Below are positions 36,703 to 47,987 of a stretch of DNA of 64,000 nucleotides, piece after piece. Source of the stretch: Octopus vulgaris (taxonomy: Eukaryota); the NCBI GenBank assembly GCA_951406725.2, contig OX597818.1, positions 43,710,001 to 43,774,000 of the forward strand, in the 5' to 3' direction. Every line of letters begins with the position of its first letter. Position 1 is the stretch's first letter. Under the pieces are notes generated by a model. It ran no database searches. It was not told the DNA's origin and saw only the letters and a list, made by a program, of their open reading frames with translations. A program made the position numbers and the translations under genes.

Positions 36703-36885
36703 TATATTTATTTATATTAAGGGCATTACTATACGTAAATGTCTCATGCTATTCGGGACTCTTAAAGGGAAAACTACCATAATAAATACACAGTGCATTC
36801 CCTTGCGTTCGATACACTGTGTATTTATTATGATAAGCATGAGGCATTTATGTGTAGAAATGCCCTTAATATAAATAAATAAATA
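36703..36885. repeat. AT-rich fold-back
   Basis: tatttatttatattaagggcatt..ctcatgct vs agcatgag..aatgcccttaatataaataaata, with inner cataataaatacacagtg / cactgtgtatttattatg. Confidence 0.7.
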
Positions 36886-37008
36886 AATATATATATTGTT
36901 ATATTTCGGAATATTGCCAGTTTAGCCAATAAAATCACATGCACTATATATTTGGTGTTATTTTGCTTCAGTGATATTTATTTTTTACATTAATCTTAAT
37001 CTTATTTT

Positions 37009-37053
37009 GGCCAGAATTCTTTCGTCACACTCCTGTGACCGCATCAGTGGTCC
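37009..37053 (-). ncRNA. Minimal type I hammerhead-like motif in a solo arm (~36896-37060) related to the fold-back family
   Basis: Minus strand reads GGACCA-CUGAUGC-G-GUCACA-GGAG-UGUGAC-GAAA-GAAU-UC-UGGCC. Stem II is perfect and GAAA intact; A9 is changed to C. Confidence 0.55.
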
Positions 37054-39260
37054 TTTGGTTTCTTCTTTCTTATTTGTTTGTGTCTCTCCTTACTAACCGT
37101 CAGCCATTTTGTATTTCTATTGTATGTCTTCATTCGCGCATGCTTATATCTCTATGTGCGTCTATGTTTATTTAGTGTGTGTGGGTGGGGGGATGCCTGT
37201 AATATTTGTATCTTCTGTTTATATACATTCATGTAATTTGTATTTTGTTTTTATTGTTGTTGCTTTTGTTCTAATTTTGTTCATGTGTTTACATCCACCT
37301 ATTATTATCATTACATATGCTTGCATGTATGTATAACAACAATATTAGTAACAATAATAATAAATCTAATCGAAAAAAAAAAAATCTAACCGAAAAAAAA
37401 TATCTAATCAAAAAAAAAAACGTAGTAAATATATATATATATATATAAGTATAAAAAGGTTGAATTTTGATTCGTCCTTTAATTTGGAGGTTTCCAAAAA
37501 AGATTTTTAATATTGATTCTTCATGTTTTGCTGGTCGTTTACAGGCGTAAATTTGTGAATATGAAAATAATACATGTGTGTGTGAATTTATGGATAGAAA
37601 TCCCATAAAACTCAACAATTTAGTTAAAAATGGAGAAGAGAAGTTGTTAAGATATATAAGAGAATTTTAATTCATGCAGACGATTGTTTTGTACAGAGAT
37701 ATAAAAATTATGCAGATTCATGATAGAATTGAATTAAATTAAATTAATTAAATATATTATATATTGTGTAGGGCCTACATGACTTATTTGGTGTTAAAAT
37801 TTCTAATCTCCTGACTCATCTATAGAAGAATCATCTCTGAAACCTCTTTTGCTTATATTTTCAAGTAACCATTATAGCCTTAGTTATAGTTAATACATAA
37901 CTGGATTCAAATCTCTTTTTCTCATAAGGATAAATATGAATCTCCTAGATTCTATTCTGCTATTTCCTTTCTCAAGTTCATCATTGTCGTCGTCATCGTT
38001 GTCGTCATTTAACTTCTACTTTCCATGCTGGCATGGGTTGGACGGTTTGACCGAGGTTTGGCAAGCCAGAAGGCTGTACCAGGCTCCAGTCCAATCTGGC
38101 AAATTGCTTGAATTACTGCACCCTGTCTCAATGGTATCTATCCAACAGCATTAGTGTAGCTAAATATGTTCACTCTTACTTTGGCTGTATACTGTTATTT
38201 TCTTTGAACATCTACTCTCCTGGATTTATTTCAACTGATAAATGTAAATATCTTGAACTCTGAGATTGTTGAAGCTTATGTGTAACTTTGGAAATGTTAC
38301 TGTTTATCAGGAAAGAAATCAAGGTAGGATATCAGTCTGTTGCTGATAACATTCTCTGGAGAGCTAAACCAAGGCCTGTAGAATTAAGTTTGCTGTCTAG
38401 AAATTCAACAATAAATCTGCAGAAGACATGGGTCCACAGTTGGTTCAGAAACATATTCATTGGGTTCACTTCACCTTTATTAATCCAACTTTGATTTGAT
38501 TTGCTTCGCTTTTTTTGCTGCCAAATTTCAACTGGTTTCTTAAGTTACACAAATTAAATCTATTTTGGGATTGAGTGTCAGAATTTTTGTCCAGTTAGGT
38601 CAAACGTTAGAATTCATTATTATACGTTTCAGACAAAAGCATCATACAATATTTTGTAGGCAAATGATCAAAGATTCTTGTAAATATTTCTCATAAAAAT
38701 TATACATACTACTTACATAACAATACATGAAAAAGGATCCAATTAAAATACAGTAGTAAAAATAGTGAAATTGAATGAAATAAAGTATCAATTCAGTGTC
38801 TGAAGTCTAACATAAGGAAATTGAAAAAAAAAATACTTTCTGAACTAATGAATAAAATATTCTGAATTAATGTTAAAAGAACCAATAGCTTCTGACAATT
38901 TTTCATCTTAGGAATTCAATCTCTCTCTCTCCTCCTCTGTCAATCTACCTGACTGTTAGTCTAGACCCAGCATGGCCACAGCTTGTGAGCTAAAACTAGA
39001 TAAATAAAAAAAAATACACAGACACAATTGCACACACAAAAAAACAAGCACACACCATAGACCGGACTACAAAGAAGAGAAATAAAAGACAATAGGGGAA
39101 AAAGAGACAAGTGAAGGCTGGAGAGAGGAAGGCAGAGGGAGTTTATAAATTGCTATCCATCCTGCTCATATGCATAAGCATACGTGCATATGCATACACA
39201 AACAGGCCAGTCACTTCTCATTCACCATTCTGAATACACCCACATATACACATATATATA

Positions 39261-39830
39261 CAGGACGTTCAGGTTATGGAAAAGAAAACACAATATCCCA
39301 TCCAAAAATAAGCGCATTTTTAAAGATCATAAAATAACCAGCTAGATTACGGCAGGAGGATAACAGCTTACACGGAATAGCCTCCCTTGGCTTTCACCAC
39401 GGCTAATAGGCAGCTTCAGAATCTGGAATATGCAGTCCTAACAGTGTCACTGAGGTCTTTGAACACTGCTTTGATCTTGGCTAACTGCTCAGCCTTGGTG
39501 TTGCAGGCAGAGTGGTTGTTGTCCTTCTCAATTGCACCCCACATATAGTAATCTATAGGATTACTATCAGAGGAATTAAGAGGCCAGAAATTGGGGCTGG
39601 TGAAGTCATAGAAATTCTTTAACAACTTCTGAATTTTTCTGGAGGTATGCCAATTCTTTGACAACTTCTGAATTTTTCTGGAGGTATGCCAATTCTTTGA
39701 CAACTTCTGACTTTTTCTGGAGGTATGGCAATTCTTTGACAACTTCTGAATTTTTCTGGAGGTATGGCAAGGAGTTGAATCCTGCTGTCACATATATGGC
39801 CAGACAGCAGCAACCTTCTCCAGCCGGGAT
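39261..39830 (-). mobile_element. IS630-Tc1-mariner transposase relic (maT/DD37D-like), 3' part
   Basis: RPY..QQDSTPCHTS...FWPLNSSDSNPIDYYMWG matches the QQD.A.H...WP.NSPDLNP.DY..W motif. There are 36 residues between the 2nd and 3rd catalytic Asp once the tandem repeat is collapsed. A further fragment lies at ~41035-41110 (+). Confidence 0.75.
39613..39768. repeat. 4 x 39-bp tandem repeat inside the transposase relic
   Basis: Unit aattctttgacaacttctgaatttttctggaggtatgcc. Confidence 0.9.
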
Positions 39831-40161
39831 CTGGTCACAGTCTCCAGTAGCTTTACACAGCTGTCTGAATTGAGCCTAAGGCTCTGGTCAAAGGTGTAGG
39901 GAAGAAACCTGATGTGCAAATGCAATCAGAACACTTACCCTGTCCCTTCCTGCTGGCCCCGGCTTTGTAGTCTCTGTTGCAGCTGTCTATGTCGTGTCTT
40001 ACCACCTTTACAGTGTTCACAGAACACTGAGCAGCAGTCATGATTCCAATATTTTGATACCTGGCGTGAATCATCATGATACAAGAAACACTTTACCAAT
40101 CTTCAGATGGCTTCCAGTCCTTCATCTCAGCTACAGCTTTAATCTTTATACTCTCCAATAC

Positions 40162-40385
40162 CAATTTCTTTACTACCCACAAGGGGCTAAACACAGAGAG
40201 GACAAACAAGGACAGACAAACGGATTAAGTCGATTATATCGAACCCATGTGTAACTGGTACTTATTTAATCGACCCCTAAAGGACGAATGGCAAAAGCGA
40301 CCTTGGCAGAATTTGAACTCAGAACATAATGGCAGACGAAATACTGCTAAGCATTTCGCCCGGCATGCTAACGTTTCTGCCAGCT
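40162..40385 (-). mobile_element. SINE family A
   Basis: Family sequence; flanking ctctccaatac duplicated (40151-40161, 40384-40394). Confidence 0.8.
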
Positions 40386-40710
40386 CTCCAATACTATTGA
40401 CTGTCAACCAATACATCAAGATGTTTTTTAAAAAAAGGGAACATAAACGATCATCAAATTTTAGTCCAAACAACATATATATGTGTTTGTTTGTGTGTGT
40501 GTGTGTGTATGTACATTTCTCTTGACATCATGTTGTTAAATTCTAGTTTACCATGAAAGACATGTCTGGTCATGAGGAAATATTACCTTACTGGGAAACA
40601 GGCGAGGGTTGGTGACAAGAAGGGCATCTGGCCTTAAAAATATCTACCTCAAATTCTATCTGACCCATGCATAGCTACATATATATACATATATTATAAA
40701 ATATAATATA

Positions 40711-41033
40711 GGCGCAGGAGTGGCTGTGTGGTAAGTAGCTTGCTAACCAACCACACGGTTGCGGGTTCAGTCCCACTGCGTGGCATCTTGGGCAAGTGTC
40801 TTCTGCTATAGCCCCGGGCTGACCAATGCCTTGTGAGTGGATTTGGTAGACGGAAACTGAAAGAAGCCTGTCGTATATATGTATATATATATGTATGCGT
40901 GTGTTTGTGTGTCTGTGTTTGTCCCCCTGGCATTGCTGGTGTGTTTAGGTCCCCGTCACTTAGCGGTTCGGCAAAAAGAGACCGATAGAATAAGTACTAA
41001 AAGGTGGTGCTCCAGCATGGCCGCAGTCAAATG
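40711..41033 (+). mobile_element. SINE family B
   Basis: ggcgcaggagtggctgtgtggtaag...ggccgcagtcaaatg. Confidence 0.85.
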
Positions 41034-41504
41034 GAAGCTGTCTTGTAGCTGTGGTGAAAGCCAAGGGAGGCTATTTCGAGTAAGCTGTTATCTTCCTGCC
41101 ATAATCTAGTTAAACGAATGTGTATATATGTCAGAGAAGGGAACAAAAATGCCATGTGGTATTTACCCCATCGAGTTATGTCCCTTGTGTAGCATTAGGT
41201 ATGCAAGATATTCACTCAATTGAAAGCTTTAAATTTCTCTTAAAGTAACCCAATTAAATACTGCGAAGGTGACGCAGTATTTAATTGGCAAGGCTAATGA
41301 CTAAAATTAGTAAAAGAACACGGATCAATATATTAAAGTTCAAAGTTGTTATTTGATTTTCCAGATTGGTCTGAAGGAAGAGCCAGTGTCCATGACTTCG
41401 GCCATTGGCACAAATACAATCGGTACAACCGGTGCCTTTAATAAAGTAAGGCACAACTGCTACCGGTTCGTTCGGTGCCTTTAAACAGTGTTATTTAGGG
41501 ACAG

Positions 41505-42592
41505 ATGTGTAGCGGGTTGGATGTGATGTGCCATATCAGGTCGATATGAGGTAGCCCACTACTTTATGTAGGTTATCGCGTCGGAGTGACCATTGAACAT
41601 CGATGAATCAACACCAAGAAAGAAGAAATATTATTTACGTATATTTATCCATTTGCCCGACAGGCAGAATCGTTAGCACGCCGGGTGAAATGCGTAGCCG
41701 TATTTCGTCTGCTGTTATGCTCTGAGTTCAAACTCCGCCGGGATCTTTTCCTTTTGCTAGACAGAATTCAACATAATTTCTAGTTAACTAAACAATTTGA
41801 AACTTCGTATACTGGTAGAATGTGTCAGAAGAAAACATTATTTTCACTTGGCTTTTTTGATAAATTTGTAATTCGTTTGTTTAACGTAGTTTAATTTTTC
41901 GACTTTTAACCAATCGTATGCTCTCTTTTGAGCTGAAATCATTTTCTGCGTTATCGATATTGATAAACAACGGGGTCGATTAAATAAGTACCAGTTACGC
42001 ACTGGGGTCGATGTAATCGACTTAATCCGTGTGTCTGTCCTTGTTTGTCCCCTCTGTGTTTAGCCCCTTGTGGGTAGTAAAGAAATAGGTAGTTAAAGAG
42101 ACAGTAACAATAATAGTGACAGTGGCAAGATTGGCTCGCTTATTTGTAGTTGATAGTGTAGAAAAAGGCTGTCTGTCAGTAGAGAGTGAAAGTGTAAGGA
42201 ATGCATGGTGCTGACGAGAAAGGAAGAAAGGATAGAGGTAACTTCGTGATTCTTGCGGCTGAAAGCCTCTCTTCGCATGTCGAGTGAAGAGCAAAGGGAA
42301 GTGTTGCTCCTTGGTCTGATTGACACGAAATAACGGGTGTTGCTCCTTGGTCATAGCTGACACATAAGAGGAAGAAATAGGAAATTCTCTCTGTTACATA
42401 GATTATGGTCAGTAATGTAGGTCAAGCCCTAAACAAAGGACTGACCTTTCCTTTACCAGCACAGGTCCTAGAGGATCGAATGTCTCCTCATCAATCATCT
42501 GGTGCAGAGATAATTTCCCGCTCGTTTTGACAAGCAACAAGCTGGTGGATTTGGTTTCAAATTTCAGGCAGGGTCAAGCTAGATGCCTACAG
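41505..42592 (-). repeat. Inverted second copy of the 27820-28720 interior, interrupted by a split SINE-A (~41663-42090)
   Basis: gatgtgatgtgccatatc..atatgaggta vs 28676-28710; ggcagggtcaagctagatgcctac vs 27821-27844. Confidence 0.75.
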
Positions 42593-43004
42593 ATGCAAGT
42601 CGATGGTTGCAGAAAAACACGTGAAGAGAAGGCATTCCAGAGGGTAGATTTCTTGTGAGGAAATGATTAAGTGTAGTGCAAACTGGAAGAGGTACAAGGT
42701 TTACTTTGATGTCGTCCTATTTCATCTGCTACCTTAACATCTTTTGCTACACCTTTTCCACTACACATTGGACATTGTTGAAATATATTGTGATGAATTT
42801 CATGTTTCAAAACGTTGCTTACTTTTTACTCAGCCTGATATTTCTCTTTCTGACGATTTCTTAATAGCTTATTGTTTCATTAAATTGGTTTTATAGCTTC
42901 TTTTGTTTTGTCTTTCATTTTTTATTTTTAGATAAAGATGGAAATTATTTTACTAAATTAAGCAAAAAGTGAAGAAAAAAATAGGGCATACTTACACTTA
43001 ACCA

Positions 43005-46000
43005 TGGTAAGGGTAGCTGACGGCTTTCAAACCATCGGAGATCTAGGTTTGTCTGCCTAAGCGCGTGAAGATTGGACACGGCAGACTATGCGGAAGAAAC
43101 CTCTAGATTGGTTCAACGGGCAGGAGGGCGGACCGGTAAGCGTTGCGGAGTACGAACAGGGCACAGTGAGATACGATGAATTCTGCAACCATCCACTGCA
43201 TCCTGACTTATCTCCAGCCTGCCACTAGAATCAGATAGGAAGGGACGAGAGAGTGAGGTAGAAGACGTTGCACCATCCTCCATCACTTCGATCCATGTCA
43301 TGCGAAAGTCAAGACGTCACACCATCCCAGACTCACCTTCGATTCTTGTGACAATGGGCGAATGACAAAGCAGCAGGTATGGATGCATTGGAAGCTGTAG
43401 ACACAAACTTACATTCAGGCGGCCCAGGGTATAGTGTCATTCTCTTTAGACCGAAGCAGCAGTGGAGCTCAGCATCCCCCTGGGTGTTTGAGCAGCCCTC
43501 TTTAGGATCGCTCTGTTCACTTCCATGGCCTGAGGAAGAGACTAGAAAAGGTACGAAAAACATAGCCTGCTTCACCTCATTCCGGCCAGCATACCGCGGC
43601 AGGCGGGTATTCCAACTATGCAGTCGAAGTACCAAGACGAAAACAATGGTGGCAACGCTCACCATTGGCACATGGAATGAAAGAACGCTCGTGAATAGTT
43701 CCAATGCAAACAGTGATGGGCAATACTTGTTGCAAGAGAAATCGGCAGGTACATTCACATTTCAATTCTGAGTGAGACCAGACTTGCAGACAAAGGTCAG
43801 CTGTCAAAGGTCAAAATCGCTTACACCTTCTTCTAGAGTGACAGCAGTAGCGACGGACGCCGTGACGCGGGAATGTATTTTGCCACTAGATCTATTCTGA
43901 TCTGCAAGCTAACCAACGTCCCCAAATGACCAACGGATGTTTCTGCGGCTCCCACCTCTGAGGAAAGCGTCATGTCACCATCATCAGTGCCTACGTCCCA
44001 CCATGACTAACCCTAAGGAGATCAAAGACAAATTTTATGTAGACTTGAAAGATTCATTGTAGCTGCGTCTAAGGAGGACAAGCTCGTAATTCTCAGCGAC
44101 TCCAACGCCAGAGTTGGTAGAGACTACCAGACGTTGAGAGAGAGAGAGAGAGAGAGAGAGAATCATTGGGGGGGAAAACGGAGAGTTTGCATGAGCAACA
44201 GCAATGATCATCTACTGATGAAGACCTGTGCAGCGCATGACCTGCGATCACCAACAAAGTGTTTGGCTTTCCCAACTGCAAAAAGACGTCCTGGGTGAAT
44301 CCAAGCAGAAAGCACTGGCATCTAATTGACTATGTCATTCACAGGAGACGGGACAGGCGAGATGTTAGGGTGACAAAAGGCATTTGTGGATCAAAATGCG
44401 AGACACATCAGAGACTCATCTTCGCAAATCTCAACGTGCACGTTCTGCCCAAGCGGTGACTACAAGGGAAGCCGGCAAATAAGCGACTAAATATCAGCAA
44501 TTGGAATGGCTCAAAGTAAAACAGGACCTCAGCGAGGACCTGGACTGCAAGTTGAGCCAACTCGACGCGGGTACAAACGGAACAGAAGAAGACTGGTTGG
44601 TGTTCAGAGACGTGGTGTACAACCCTGCACTCAATCGTCTGGGTAGAACAGGCGTAGATATCAAGACTGGTCCAATGAGGAAATTCAAAAATTGCTCGAT
44701 GAAAAGCACGAAGTCTACAGAGTCTCTCAGAAAAACAGCATATCAGCTTCCTAGTCTACAACACAGCCTACAACGACAAGGTACAGGTAAAGCTCGGAGA
44801 GATAAAGGATTCTTGGCTCTACAAGGTAGAGGATATACAGAAGTACACTGACAGCAACAACTCCAAGCACTTTTGCGATGCGCTGGAGGCTATTTACGGG
44901 CCACAGTCCTCTGGAACATCACTGCTCAGTGTTGACGAGACCACTCTCCGCAAAGACAAAAATACAATCCTAGAAATATGGGCAGACCACTTCAGCTACG
45001 TCCTGAATAGGCCTTCCTCTAACAACACTGAGGCCATTGCTTGCATGCCCCAAATTGACATCAACACTTCTTTGAAAGAGCGTCCAACAGAAGCAGAGGT
45101 CCAGAAAGCAATTAAGCTTCTCTCCAAAAAACAAGGCACCGGGCCCTGACTCCATCCCAGCTGAAATATACAAGGTAGTGCGGCCAGTCTTGGCATAGAA
45201 GCTCACCAATCTCTTTCACACCATGTGGAAACACAAAATGGTTCATCAAGGGCTCAATGACACTTGTATTGTCCATCTCCACAAGGAAACGGGAAACAGA
45301 CAGTCCTGTGACAACCACCGAAGAATTTCTCTCCTTGTCATTGCTGGTAAGATACTCGCAAAACTCCTCTTTAACCGTCTCACTCAACACATGGAAGACG
45401 GGCATTTGCCAGAAAGTCGATGTGGTTTCAGAGAGGGCCGTGAGTCAGTCGACACGATCCTTGTTGCACGTCAACTTCAGAAGTGCCAAGAACAGAACAG
45501 GGATCTATACACGATGTTTGTAGACCTAACCAAAGCCTTTGACATCGTCGGTCGCGAGGGGCTTTGGAAGATCGTGGGTAAATTCAGCTGTCCGGACAAA
45601 TTCAGCAGTATGGTGCGACAGTTTCACGGAGATGGAGATTCTTACAATACATTCTCAGTCACTAACAGAGTAAGGCAGGGCTATGTACTTGCACCTACGC
45701 TGTTCAGCATGTTCTCAGCCATGTTGTCAGATACCTTCTGCAACGACGACGAAACCACCGCCAAGATCAGATTCAGGACTGATGAAAGACCCTTCAACCT
45801 GCAGAGGCTACAGGCTAAGTCCAAGGTGGAAGAGGACTCTGTGTACGACTTCCGTTTCGCAAACGATTGCGCATTCGACACTGCTATAGAGGCCCAGATG
45901 CAGCAGAGTATGAACTGCTTGTCTATTGCCTGCAACTACTTTGGCTTCACAGCCAATACCTAGAAAGAAGGGTTTATGCACCAATCTATTTCTTTATTAC

Positions 46001-47290
46001 CCACAAGGGGCTAAACATAAAGGGGACAAACAAGGACAGACACACGGATTAAGTCGTTACATCAATCCCAGTGAGTAACTGGTACTTAATTTATCGACCC
46101 CGAAAGGATGAAAGGCAAAGTCGACTTCGGCGGAATTTGAACTCAGAACGTAGCGGCAGACGAAATACCGCAAAGCATTTCGCCCGGCGTGCTAACGTTT
46201 CTGCCAGCTCGCCGCCTTATGCACCAATCTGCCCCACAGAAGCTGTATGCAGAACCATCTATCACTGTCGAAGGGAAAACTTGGAAGGTTGTTAATAAGT
46301 TGAAGTACATCTGTAGCACATTCCCTAAATCTGTGAACATTGACGATGAAGTCGACACACGCATTACCAAAGGAAGCTCAGCATTCAGGCAGCTACGCGA
46401 ATCAGTGTGGGAGAGGAGAGGTGTTAGGGCGGCCACCAAGTTGAAGCTGTACGAAACAGCTGTACCGCTGTATGCCTGCGAGACTTAGATGGTTTACGAA
46501 CGTCACACCAAAACGCCAAACGGCTTCCACTTGAGAAAGCTGTTGAAAATCATCTGGCAAGACAATATCCCAGACACAGAGGGCCTCTCTAGAGCTGAAT
46601 TGTCAAGCATTTACACACTACTGAGGAGAGCACAAGTCAGAGGAGAGTGCAAGTCAGAGGAGAGCGCAAGGGCTTCAAGGGCACATTCAAAGCCTCACTG
46701 AAAAGCTTTGAATTAACCTCAACACCTGGGAAACGCAAATGTGGGGATGAAATGAGCCAGAAGGAAAGGGCTGTGACGTCAATGGTCAAGGGGGTTGGCC
46801 GGAACAGGGAGGGTGAGAGAGAAAGTGAGGGAAGGAAGACCAAGGTCGTCCTCTTTTGCCTTGGGTGCTCACGACGAACGGACATGAAACGAGCGAGCTG
46901 ATGGAGAAGGGACACTAGCAGCAGCTTTTGTTAGGCCCGCGGGCTGGGCATGAGTTTTAGATTGAGTACAGCTGGATGGCAAAACGACGAGAAGGTAGGT
47001 GATTTGTTTCTTATTTTCTCGCACAATAGCAAACACAAGACTGCCCAGCCTAACGAAGCTGAACCAACAGAGGTGCCATCTCCTACGAACGGAACGGGAT
47101 TGCTGGGGTACAAAGAAAACAGTAAGTCGAGAGCCAACTCCTTGCCTTCAGTCCCAACAGAACACCAGTGTCCGAACAGCGGCAGAGCCTCCCGGCTACG
47201 CTTCGCACGAATTGGTCACAGCCGTACACACTGTGCCTTGTCTCTCCCATGTGATGTCCTTGCTCATTGTCGACAACGACGGACGAACTG
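43005..47290 (+). mobile_element. Near full-length RTE (BovB/RTE-1-like) LINE, family B, pseudogenised
   Basis: ~640-nt 5' leader; APE start MVATLTIGTWNERTL (43646), SETRL, IISAY.P, HWHLIDYV; RT RRISLL..GKIL, CGFREGR, FVDLTKAFD, VRQGYVLAP, FAND (degenerate YADD); 3' end cattgtcgacaacgacggacgaac. Many stops and frameshifts. Confidence 0.9.
45988..46216 (-). mobile_element. SINE family A inserted in the family B RTE
   Basis: Perfect 14-bp TSD ttatgcaccaatct at 45974-45987 and 46217-46230. Confidence 0.9.
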
Positions 47291-47835
47291 ATAATATACC
47301 GAACGTAGAAAATGAAATGTCGTAAATAAGTTAATGAATTAAAAGCGATTATCATTATGTTGGTGGTATTATTACGCAAGCGTACCGGTCATCTTTCGGT
47401 ACAAGTACCATCCATAACTGCCACGTCTTTTTGTATACATTTGAAGAAGATCGTCACTCTCCGTAAAGTTTTTTTTTATACATGGGGGATTAGGATTAGG
47501 ATTAGGGTTTGTGTTAGGGTTGAGGGTGGGTGAAAAGGGTTTCTTTTTTCTTCAGAAATGTAAACAAACACACGTGGGTTTTATAATTGGCAGTTATTTT
47601 ACTTGTACCGTTTAAAAGCGATTATCATTATGTTGGTGGTATTATTTATTACACAAGTGTTACCGGCCATCTTAGCTAAGAACTTCGTAATGTTTGTTTG
47701 CTAATGAGCTTCCTCTGTGTCAGGATGCAACATATAATATAGGAAATGTAAACATTTCGAATATGCGTTAAATAGTAACTGTTGACTATGCAGTTCGTTG
47801 CAGCAGCATACAATCTGAGTTATCTTTCTTAGAAA

Positions 47836-47888
47836 GCCAGAGGGCGCTGAGTGACGTCATCTTCGCCCAATCTGAGGCGAGTATATAA
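47836..47888 (+). promoter_or_regulatory. Pol II core promoter: GC-rich/CTCF-like element, CRE, CCAAT, TATA
   Basis: GCCAGAGGGCGCTG 47836-47849; TGACGTCA 47852-47859; CCAAT 47867-47871; TATATAA 47882-47888. Locally CpG-rich; YY1-like CGGCCATTTTG at 48537-48547. Confidence 0.65.
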
Positions 47889-47911
47889 CAGAGATTCAAA
47901 ATTGTAACTGT

Positions 47912-47987
47912 CATGATCGCTGATTGTTTCTTGGTTATTTGGTAAACATTTACGCTGAAATAAGGATTGATACTCCCGCCTCTTTGG
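47912..47987 (+). other. Probable non-coding first exon of an unidentified gene
   Basis: Inr-like TCA ~30 nt after the TATA; strong donor TGG|GTAAGC at 47988-47993. No downstream coding exon recognised in the window. Confidence 0.45.

Noticed and set aside
45223-45963. 246-aa ORF as a functional RT gene
   Set aside because: YADD is degenerate (FAND), the surrounding sequence is frameshifted, and a SINE insertion follows; it is a dead LINE fragment.
47338-47672. Direct repeat of ~55 bp (47340-47395, 47613-47671) as LTRs
   Set aside because: Too short, with no TG..CA ends or PBS/PPT; more likely the internal structure of a small DNA-type repeat.
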